Positions 37,101 through 49,100 of a stretch of 64,000 nt of DNA are shown in pieces. This DNA is from Callorhinchus milii (lineage: Eukaryota): the NCBI RefSeq assembly GCF_018977255.1, contig NW_024704742.1, forward strand, positions 104,720,001-104,784,000. The letters are read 5' to 3'. The position numbers and the translations under genes were made by a program. The notes under the pieces are model-generated. The model saw nothing but the letters and a program-made list of their open reading frames with translations, did no database searches and was not told the DNA's origin. Every line of letters starts with the position of its first letter. Positions within the stretch are counted from its first letter, which is position 1.

Positions 37101-40100
37101 TCATGATAGTAGCTGGTTTATTTGCTATGGAGCAGCATACAGTCTGGCAAAGGTCTGTCAGATTCTCACTGGTGACAAGAATCGAGAGGGGCTGAGGTAT
37201 GCTGCATGGAGTGCTCTGCGAAAGCAAAGCTGGAAACACAACAGTGGAATGCTGACAGCTATTAAAATAGCTGAGGTAATTTGTGTTTCATTGAATATTG
37301 GCAGGGGTATGAAACAAAACGTTTATCTGTTATATATTGTAGCAGAAGCAATCATGCTCATCATAACCTAATTTTACACGTAATACAGTGGAATACGTTT
37401 TTGCCATACGCCAGTTAACCACGGACGTCAGGCAAATCGAAGAAAACGCCCGGTCACGATTCATTTGTATTCTTAGTTGTTGTAAATATACCTGTTAATT
37501 CAGATGGAAATCTGGTTAATCCGGACAAACTGTACTCACTAAGGCCTTCTATGTGTCGAGCCTTCAACCACAAGGAAGTCCGGGATGTAGATGGGTGGAG
37601 TCAAATAATAATTGACAAGTGGCTGGAGTTGGGCTGTCAATCAGTGAGGGGCCGGAGGAACGGGGAAGAACAAGAGAGGGAAATGACAATTGATTGACAG
37701 CTGAGCAGCTTGTGAATGAGTGGAACCTATCTATTCACAAGCGGCTTCAAGCTGTCAATCACCTCAGCGCCGCCTTAATTGGTCCCCTTCCCATCCAATG
37801 TGAGGGTGGAGATGCCGCTTCGTTTTGTGAGAGTATGTTAACTGGTTAGTTAACATTGCTTCATGAAACAACATTATTACATATTATTCTACAGCGTCGG
37901 TGGCGCTGCTCTGCTGGGGGGAGTGGTATTTTGGCTAACCTTGGACACCTCTTAAGTCAGACAAAATGCCCGTCCTCCAGCGTCCGGCTTAACCGGCTTC
38001 CACTATATCCCTCAGCCCAGATCATAATTTAAATTTTTTTTCTCTAAGTCAAAATTGTTTAAGTCAGCAAACTATAACACTTCAACTTTGGGTTGGAAAA
38101 ATATTGTACATGATGGACACTATTTAATTTTGAACTGCATTTTTGATTAGATAATTTAATTCCATAAAATAATTTAGTGTAAGTGCATTAAAAACAGAAA
38201 TATGTGGACCAGATTTATCATAGCTATCTGATTAGAAATCTAGGTTTCTGTACTTGTTCAGCACCTTGGGACATCCTCCTGACACGAAAGCCGCCATACA
38301 AATGTAATTTTGTTGTTGTTGTTCACCGAATTTGTCTGTTTCAATATCCAAAAGAATTCTGTATCCGGTTTACACATATTTTGGACCATTTATGTGTGTT
38401 GCATTGTGCGTACTTTGCAGTAGCTGTATTGAAGATGTTGATGGCATGCTTTTAAATTTTGAGCTACCCAGCATATACATTCCAATCTGACATTTTGTGT
38501 CACTGTCCAACTTCTATTTCAATTCCCAAACAGATTGGGTGGTTTGCCATGTAAAGCAAGTAGGTCAGGTAGAAAAAAAGATTGTTTTGAACTTCATAGA
38601 AGCTTTATGAGCAAGTTAAGGATTAATAGACAATTCTTGGATTTTGTGAATGTCAGGTAGATATTATTAATCCCCTATAAATGTATGAAATTCAAATTCT
38701 CTAACAAAATTAAAGATGCTTCTCTACATATTCATACACTGTTATGAAGGTATAAAATGTAGCTAATGAAGTTACTGCATGGTACTTTTTGAATATACCA
38801 GCTACTGAGACATGCTTTGGATATTTCTGACAAAATACACAATTGAGAAAAGGTAATTATTCATATGAAAACAGGTCATCAAGTTAAAGAAACAACCCTG
38901 AGGAATTTGAAAGAAACTGCTTTCACAGTAGGAATATGAAATGCAGGGTGCAGCAAAGTGGAAAACAAAATTGCAGTTTAACATGTGATGATGCTTTGAA
39001 GAGTAAATGCCAATTGAATTGATATCTTAATTTACAATTCATGATGACTGGATATTTCAGTGAAACATACAAGTCCAGCATTTGTCTTATGGATTATTAT
39101 TATTTTTTTTGAGGGTTTATTATCAGGCTTGTGGAGTAAGGAAACTTGCCCAGGGTTACAACATGCTGGGAATTGAACCCAGGTCTCTCGTTTGCGAGGT
39201 AAGTGCTCTAACCACTAAGCTACAGGGCTCCAACATGATGACGGTAACATTGGATGAAGATTCATGTGGAGCCCTGTAGCTCAGTGGTTAGAGCACTGGC
39301 CTCACAAGTGAGAGACCTAGGTTCAATTCCCAGCATGTTGTAACCCTGGGCAAGTTTCCTTACTCCACAAGCCTGATAATAATTCCTCAAGAAAAAAAAC
39401 AATAATAAATTGGTCACTTTAATCCACAACTGTTTGTGGGACACTGCTGTGTGCAATTGGCTGCTGCGTTTTGCCCACAAATATAAAGTCAATTCACTTT
39501 ACAGTATATTGCGTGAAGCACTTTGAGACATCTGGAAGATGTGAAAAGCCCTATATCAAATGCAAGGATTATTATTATTATTATTTGTTGTAAACACTTA
39601 AACAGCTACCAGTGTTAGCATTTCAGAATTGGATACCTTTCTGTGCAGCATCATTTACATAGGATAGTTATTGACAATTCAGAGAAGGAAGTCACAAGAT
39701 GCTCCTTGCATTCTGAGCTGCCATCGGTGGTAGCTGGCACCTTATCTCCTGTAGCAGAGGGACCACTCAGATGCGCAACCTGGGTGCTGGTAGGAAGCAT
39801 GGGTGTTACTGGTGATATTTTAGAGGGGGTTAGAATGATAGAATGGTGCTTTAGCTCCCTCACTAATACATGGTTCATTTTATGCCACATTTTTTTACCG
39901 TATAAATAGGGCATAAAATGCCGTAAGCCTAAGGCATGGAAAATATGAGTTAAAGGATTTTAATTTGAACTTTGATCATAAGACAGGAAGTTGATAAGCC
40001 ACAAGCAACATTACAAAGTGGATTGTTTCCCATTGTGTAGTAGATATGAAGATTAAAATTATGATTTTAAAAAAACAATTAACGGTATATTGTTAAATCC

Positions 40101-43100
40101 ATGAAACAGGCAATGGTCTGTTTGCAAAGAAAATTTAATAGAACAATGACCCAGAATTGGGTTAAGGATGAAAAATTAGGATGTTTAAGAGAAAAATATT
40201 TGGAGAAGAAGGGTAGAGCCAAAATAAATTGGGATGAGAGAGCTGTAGATGTGAATATTCAAATTGGGAGGTTGCATAAGTCCACTTTGTCTTTCAGACA
40301 TTGATTGGAAAAAGCTTTTCCACAGAATATATCACCCAGGCCTATATGTAAAAACAAAACTATTTTATCTGTTAAAAAATAAATTTGTATGTTAGTGTTA
40401 CATTATAATATTAATTTAAGATTTTTATATTATTCAATTATGCAGTAATTTCCATCTCAGGCAAAAACCTTCATGTTTGAGAATTTTATAATGTTTTGAA
40501 TATTTTTTGGAAATAAATATATAATTGAATAATGGATACTTTGTTTTCCGGCAGTCTTTCATTGTATGTACTTGAAATTATGTTATATTGTTTCCTTCTT
40601 GTCAACAGGGAGACTAGCCTTGTATTTAAACAAGTTATTTTATATAAAAATATATACGCAATAAAGCAAAAAATGTTTCCATAATTCAGTTTAAGAATTT
40701 AAATTCAGTGAAATCTTGAACCATGGATATATAATTCTTAGAATGTGTTCTTTTAATAATGAAGGCTCCACACTATAGTTGAATTATTGTTTTTTAACAT
40801 AGTTATTGAACTTTTTTTCATTTCCGTCCATTAATGTTTCATTATTTTAACATTTTACCCTGCTCCAATTTTCATAATACATTTTTGGATTTTTCTCAAG
40901 ATTGAGTCTCCAACTGTCATTGAATAATAATATTGGCAAATCATTTGAATAAATAACCTTTGGTCCATTTTATATTAAGTTGATATGAGGTTGAATACAG
41001 TTATTGTAAACCATAGTGTTCATTCACAATAGGCTAGCATCTAAAAATAATTCCAGTTATAAGTGATATTATTTTCAGAATAAATAAAAGAGGTATGTAG
41101 TAAATTTCATGGTAAAATGCAGAAATGTATTGCGAAACATATTCCTCTTCATTCTGATATTTTTGTGCTTTTCATCTTTTGAATACAATTAAAGTCACGT
41201 TCTAGAATGAGAATTTTTCCAAAATGCACTCTACTCCATACCATTTCAATTGCCAGGGACTACATATTCTCAAGGCTGAAAGTAAACATGCAAGGTGCGT
41301 TTTTTTTAAAAAAAACAGAATTTAGGAGATGAAACTAATCGTCAGTAAATTTACTGATCTTGGTGATAAGCATGTCTTATTCTCAAATGATTGGTAAATT
41401 TACAAAAAAAGGGGTTAAATTAATTAAATTGATAAGGCAGCTGCCTTATACTGTAGTATGAACTACAGTAAAGTAGATTTTTGTAGTTTGGACAGGAACA
41501 TGAAATACAAAGTGAACTCTGGGATGAGAAAAAGCCATTCAACAATTATGACAAATTATTGTATTTTTGGATTATTCCAAATATTTTCACTTCTATTATC
41601 TTGCATATTAGATTAGCCCAATCTGTGAATACGTTGTTCTGCTATCCGGTCTAAATTTACATTCTCTGATTTCTTTATATGCTCCTTTGGATTTACTTTC
41701 TTGACCTCCTTTAATGCAATTCATTAGTTTGTGCTAATCTAATCCAGGGTGTTCCAACTAGTGGCCCGTGGGCCGATTTAATCATCTCCCCACTTTCCCT
41801 CCATTTCATCTGGTCCACACTCTCCCTCCATAACCCTTAAATGTTATGTTTCTGGAAGGGAAACGCAAACATTTTGCTTATGCAGCCTGCAGACGTATCT
41901 CAAATAGCACATCCGGCCCTCAGCAGCCAAAAGGTTGGATCACCGTTTTGTGCACAATTATTTTATATACAATTATGTGCCTTATTTTTCAAACTTTACA
42001 TTTTCCTGATCTTGTTCATTGATTTTTGCTTTACATTTGGGATCATCTTGATGCTATTCCAGTTTATGTTAAAGGTTTATAATTTTTATCTTTAGCATAC
42101 CTTCTGTACACTAGTATGGTATGTTTATATTCATCCTAACATTCAGTTCATTTTCTTTATCTTTAATTGTCATATCATTGTCAGAAACAGATATGTCTAT
42201 TGTTACCTCTAGGTTTTGTGTTCTAATTAAAATTGTGTTCTAATTCATTGCATATGTCCCACATTTGTTTACTTATGCAGTTCACATTTGTCAGTGATTT
42301 TGTATTGCCACGTGTGTTCACTTCCATAACCAATCCTTTCTCAAGATGATTTTTTTTGGATTGTAAAGGTAGCAGAACTCTGTGATGGTTAATGTTTTTC
42401 GTATGTTGGATTTTTTTTACTGAAGAAAAGGATAATCTCTATCCAGCTCCTACTAAAATTAGGCTAATCCTTATCTAGCTCTTATTAAAATTAGGATTAG
42501 CGTGAGAGCGGATTATGTAAGCGTAAATAATTTAGATCCAATTATGTATGACCAGCAAGAACATTTTCACTCAGCAACATTTATTAGGGGAAAAACTCTT
42601 GAGGTAAAGCCTTAGAGATTGTGAATAGATTAAAATGAGCGATCTGGGAACATAAAAATGCACAACACCAGAAAGACTAATGTCCATCATGAAGCCCCAT
42701 TTTTTAGAAAAACATTCTCCTTTGTATCTTTTAATTACTTCTTTTGCCAGAAATCCAAGATGAGCACATTCTTGTGGAATTCTTTAACTAAATTATCCCT
42801 AGAAATATCTCAGTCCCAAAAATGTTGAAGTTATAGATCGTAGAATAAATTAGACCACGGGGGTTTTGACATTGTATATATCCTCTGGGTTATAAAGATC
42901 ATTCGTAGAAGTTATTTTGGAAATGTAATGATAGCAGAATTTTGTAATGATGCTACTTGCTTGTGATTCTCAATTGAAAATAAAAACTGGTTCAGTGGTA
43001 GAAAGCTATGAAACTTTTCGGGGTGGAGGACATAGAATAATAATAAGATTGGAATAATTTGCTGTGCACAATTGGCTGCCGCGTTTCACCCACAAAATAT

Positions 43101-46100
43101 ACAATCAATTCACTTTACAATATATTCTATGAAGTGCTTTGAGACATCTCAAAGACGTGATAAGGCGCTATATCAAATACAAGGAACAGTTTTATTAAAG
43201 GGTTCTGAATTATCACATTCCAAGAAGCTTGGAAGAGATTTCGATATGGAGAGTTGATCTGCAGGGAGAAGAAGATAGAGAATAGCTGGGGTACTTTCTA
43301 GAAAGAAATTCTCAGCCTTAAAATAATCAAGGCTTACTATTTAAAATTGGACAAAGTCAATTAAAAACAATATTATCTTGCCATATTCAAAACAAATACT
43401 TATTGGAAAGATCTGGAAGTGGGGAAACCGGCAAGGAATGCATTTGCAAAGTCAAATCAGGAAGGGTAATAAAAGCTTGAATGAAGGTATTAGTGGTAGT
43501 TTGTATGTGATAGGAATTAAGGCCAGGGAGACTGAGGAAACAGATCCAACAGTGAGTAGACTTTGGTAGGAGCCAAGGAGAATGACTTCTGTCGTATACT
43601 CGATGAGCTGCAAGAAGTTGAGGCACATCCAGACCTTGATTTCTTAAATAGAAAAGTAGATTTGGGTGTCATCCACATACATGTCTACAAGCGTCACCAA
43701 GAGAGAGATAACCAAAATCACTCAGAATAGAGCCCTTAGGTACCCCGCAAATGACCGGGCGAGGGCAGAAGGTGAAACCATTTGAGGAGATAAAGTGGAC
43801 GCATTAGATTACGTACAATTGGAATCAAGAGTGTATGGTCCCTTCGTCCCTTGGAAGTGGATGAAAGAGAAGTGATCGAGAAGGGTGAGGGGTCAACAGT
43901 GTCAGAAGCAGCAGCAGAGAGCAAGATTGCAGAGGAAAGCTCTGTCGCAGAGAGTGAAAATGTCATTGGTAACTGACAAGGGCAGTCTGAGTGCTGTGTT
44001 TGGGGCAGAAAAGTCTGGTCTGCTTGTGCTGCTCTAACCTCTCCGCCCACCATTGATGGCCAAACCTTCAGCAACTACACCCCAAGCTCTGCAACTCCAT
44101 CCTTCTAACCTCCGTCTCACTCCCTCTCTATCTGTCTTTAAATCCTGCCTGAAAACCTACTTCTTCTCCTCCATAAAATAACAACTTGCATTTATATAGT
44201 GCCCTTCACACGGGGTAGCATCCCAGAGCGCTTGATAGTGGCAAGTCTGACCCCCAGCCAAGAGGAGAGGGAGAGGGGGGAGGTGATAGTAAGCACAAGC
44301 AAAAAGGAAGGTCGTTAGGCGGGATTTGAAGGTGGGAGTGAGGGGGCAAGGCAGAGGGATTGAGGGAGAGAGTTCCAGAGTTTTGGGCCATAGTGGCTGA
44401 AGGCACGGGGCTAAGGGATGAACAGGAGGCCAGAACCGGTCGAATGAAGGCAGCAGGTGGGGTGTAAGCAAATCGGATAGGTAGGGAGGTGTGAGGGCAT
44501 GAAGGGATTTGAAAACGACTGAGAGGATCTTACAGAAGCAACTCTTGCTGGAAGTGTGCATGAGTGGATACTGGACTAACACCAGAGTTATCTCAGCTGT
44601 GATTCCCCCTGCAGTTTGATTGCCTACTGACATTCAAAACCTTGGGTCACTTGTGAAAAAAGGCCTTTGGACAAGGCAACAGAGGGCTGCTACTACCCAC
44701 AGACGCAGCCTGTAATGAGGGAAAATTGGAAGCAAAATCATTTTGTTCCATATACTTTTCCAGTATTCAGTCCAAAACCTAATATAGTCAAAGAACATAT
44801 GGAAATATTATAGTAGTGGTAATACTTTGCTGAATAATAAGTAAATAATAATAATCCTTACATGTGACATTGCACTTTATTGTGTTGATGAATTATCTCA
44901 AAGCTCTTCACAGGATTTATTGTAAAATGTAGTGACTGTACGTTTGTAGGCAAACAAATATTATCTGTTTAATGTTTTGTAAGTAATTATTTCCCTCAGT
45001 TAATTTACATTACAAAACACAACATTAAAATGTAGTTTCTAAAGTACAAAAAAGCCATAATAAAGAGAAAGATGTTAATGGTTCCCAGCGTGTAACACCC
45101 TCCTCCAGTTTCTGAAACTAATTGTGTGTGTTTTCATGTGGTAATTTTAATCTAACTGAGCTAAAATAATAAACTATTTCTATAACACGTTTTCTTTCTA
45201 TAGCTAAACAGAATCACTATTGCAATGTTTCCAAGGTGCGCACCACAACTGATATACTGAGCACTGTGTCTTGTCTCCTGCTGCTCTATAGAGAAATGAG
45301 ACCCAGGGGTCCCCCTGAGCGATAGTTGCATGATAGTGACTCTGGATGTGCAACTCTGGATAGAAACTCTGGATGATGCATGATAACAGCTCTGGATTCT
45401 TGCACTATTAACAGAATGTTTGAGAAACTGTGTGGAACTGAGCCACACAGCAGTGGAAAGGTTGCAGGTTTAATCGCTGATCTATGATGAGTTAGGTGAT
45501 CTTACCCAACGCAGTGATAGGGTTGTTATAATTGACCTCAATGCTATTAGGCCAAGGAGGAGGAAAATCATTCAAGGTTTTCATTGATCCCCAGATCTAA
45601 GGCTGGAAATGCACAAGCTGATGTTGGTTAAGAATAAGACTGGGCTCAGCTGTGATTCCCCACAGTGGGTAGGTAGCCTGTCAAATATCATCATCACAAT
45701 GGATGAATGGGCATTTAGGTGAAGTAATCAGGGTGACTAAACTTTGCCCAGCACAACTCAGTACCTTCAGGAAAGAGGAGAGAAATTTTCAGGGGGGTGG
45801 ATACTGTACTCTTCTGCACCCCCCTGGAGCTCCATTAGACTTAATATCTAATTCAGCTGCTCTAATATAATATTATCCTCTTTTAATGCTCTGTCTTGTC
45901 TGCCACAAATCTTTCAGTATTTCCCAGACTCTTTTTTGTTGACTTTCCCATTCTCCGCACTACAGTGCACCTCCCTTGCCAAGACCTTCACACTCATTTG
46001 CTTACATGGAACAGGGCTGCACAATTTAGAGCCTTTTTTTAAGTAATAAAGCAACACTTGCTATATGCTACTTCCAGGATGTAGGATGCAGTCACAATGT

Positions 46101-49100
46101 CAGTTCTCTCATGGCAGATTTGAATGCTCCAGCTCAGAGGGGAAATGCCACAGGGGATCCAGAAACTATTTCCTTACCACTGAGTTTCATGGCATGATTG
46201 CAAATTCCCAGTAGTGCCTGCCTTAAACGCTTGAGCGTAGTGTAATTAAGGGCGCTTGGATATGAATCTGCTAGTCAGGGGATTTTGACCTGTCTTCCAT
46301 TTTATTTATTACCTACATTTTCCTAAAAATTTTAATTCTGTGTAATTTTTTTTATAAATGTTTCTACAAATGGAATTTTAAACAAATGTAGAGCTTTAAT
46401 TGAAATATTATTTAGGTTATTCATCATAATCTTGATGAATTATGTAAAAAATAAATATCGGATGTCGGAGTCCTTCCTAGACAGTCTCTCGAGCCTGAGG
46501 AATATTTGGGTAACACACAGGGAGGTACTATCTTATTCTGACAGTGGACTATTGATGTGTGGGTCTGTTTTTTCTATAGTGAATAGATGTTCATTTTCCC
46601 TACTTGTATGTATAAGGGGGAGGGGAGAAGGGAGTCTGCACTAACGTGCCTTATATTGCGGAAATATTTGTCCAGAATTGCAGGGAAATTTGGCAAATTT
46701 TGTGGGCAATTTCGGGAGGTGGAATGGGGGTCATTAGTGCTATTCTCAGAGAGCGAGAGAGAGATGCACACCAAAACAGATACATACTCGCAGACACAGA
46801 AGACACACATATACACACACACACACACAGAAACACACACATACAGACAGAGGAGAGAGAGACACAGACACTCATAAACAAACACACAAAGAGAGGAGAG
46901 ACACTCACAAACATATACAGAGGAGAGAGAGACACACAGACACACCCACACAGACAGTCACAAACACAGGAGAGACAACAACAACAAGATTGCATTTATA
47001 GAGCGCCTTTCATGTCGGGAGGACGTCCCAAGGCGCTGTACAGTTGGGTCGAGACCCGAGCAGGGGGGAAATGGTCAGGGTGAGGGGAGGGAAGGGAGGG
47101 AGCGAGGAAGGGGTAGAGAGTCGAGAGGGGAGCTGAAGGCACGGTTGAAGAGAAATGAAGAGACACACAGACACACCCACACAAACACATACACAGGAGA
47201 GAGATACACAGACAATTTCAACAGCGAGGCCTCGGAGTGGAGCGAAGCCCATTTCCCACTTGCGCTTCACCATGCGTACGTGTCTGGAGCACTGAATGCA
47301 GCAATTCAGTGCAGCGCTTCCCCCGGCACTGAACTGGAGTGTCAGCCCCAACCACAGTAATGTGGGGTAAACAACCAGCAGCAGCGCGCAGAGCCCCATG
47401 GCACCAGAAACTGCAGTAGCCGATTTTAGCGGAGTTTATACCAGAGGACGCTGTTTATGGCGGATTCCACAGAAAAATTGCCACCGCACTTTCTATTGGC
47501 CCAGCTTATAGGCTTCAGCTATAGAGTTAGTGCATTTCTGAAACTTAAATTGACAGGAACTGAATATTTACCCTTTTGGGTGATAAATAGTCTGCTGGAC
47601 TGGTATTTCATGGTTTCACAGACCATTAAGATGGTGTAATAAATGGTAATTTTCACATAAGGATGCAGAACAAGTACCTAGCTTAAATTAAGTTGAATTG
47701 ATGTTCTGTTTTCCTCTTTTCAGGCAGAGTTAAACGGCCCAATAAATCCTTGCATTAATGGAAACCTGAAAATTTCAGCATCTCCCAGAAGCTTAAGTGC
47801 AGCTCCACATATAGGTTACAGAATAGGAAGTATTCTTTCTCAGCTCTACCTGCCTTCTGTGGTTCCTCACCTTCCTGTGCCTCAGCTACCACCACAACGA
47901 GCTCCACTTCCCAGACAACCTAAGATAGAAAAAAAAATGTCAGGTCTTACCCTCAGGTATGAATGAATTCTCAACATTTGCACTTACTTGTTTTTACTTC
48001 CAGTTATACTATTATAACAAGTTCATTAGACCTGGTGTTGTAAATAAACATCTAAAATCTGAACCGTTGCAGCTACAACATTTATGTCAGATAGGCAGAT
48101 AGTTTGTTCAGGGTAGAAACATATGAAATAGTACACTTTGGAAGGAAGAATAGGGAAAGCAAATGCACCTTAAAGATATTAAATGGAGTAGAGGATCAGG
48201 GGATCTTGGTTTGCATATGACACAGCTCTACACATTAAGGGTAGCAGTTGAGGTAGATACAACAACAACAAAATTACATTTATAGTAATAGAGGACATCC
48301 CAAAGCGCTAAACAGTCAGATGTCAGGGCCCGAGCATGGGGGAGGGGTAGTGTAGGGGTGAGGGAAGGCAGAGAGGTGGGAGGCAGACCAAAGGCACGGT
48401 CGAAGAGAAGGATCTTGAGACCGGCCTTGAAGAAGGCAAGGGAGGAAGCGAGGTGAAGGGACGTGGGATGGAGTTCCAGAGTGTGGGGGCAGAGAGGCTG
48501 AAACCCCGGCCACCGATGGTCGGGCGGGAGACATGGAGCAGACCGGAGCCCGATGAACAGAGGGAGAGGGCAGGTTGGTAGGGATTCAGCAGGTCAGAGA
48601 GGTAGGAGGGGGCAAGGCCATGGATGGCCTTAAAGGTGAGGACGAGGATCTTGAACTTGATCCTCTGGGGGATGGGGAGCCAGTGGAGTCGGGTGAGGAT
48701 GGGAGTGATGGAGGCAATAAAATGACAAATGACAAACACTTGTTTTATACCTAAAGGTACAGAGTAGAAAAACAAGAAGACAAGGGTGAATGTGTACAAG
48801 ATTTTAATTAGGTGACTGTTGGAAATTTTACACACACTATTATAGGAAGGATATAAAAGCAATAGACAGGTCCAATGTAGATAGTGTATCGTTCGGGATC
48901 AGTTGGTGTCACTCTTGCCTCTGAATCAGAAGATTGTGGGTTCAAGCACCAATTCAGGACTTTGAACTCACACGTCCTCCTAACATGAAAGGCATTACAC
49001 CAAATGTAAGGAAATAGGATATTTCTCAGAAACAAGGGTTTTGGCTGAAAAGTTATGGCTTTTTTGCACTAGAGCAGAGAGCAATACGTTTTGACCTGAT

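Noticed and set aside
46574..47399. Cys/Val-rich and His/Thr-rich ORFs
   Set aside because: Translations of a CA/GA microsatellite
47215..47520. Locally CpG-richer segment upstream of exon 9 as a promoter or CpG island
   Set aside because: Short and adjacent to repeats, probably part of an unclassified transposon; no TIR/TSD or promoter evidence I could establish
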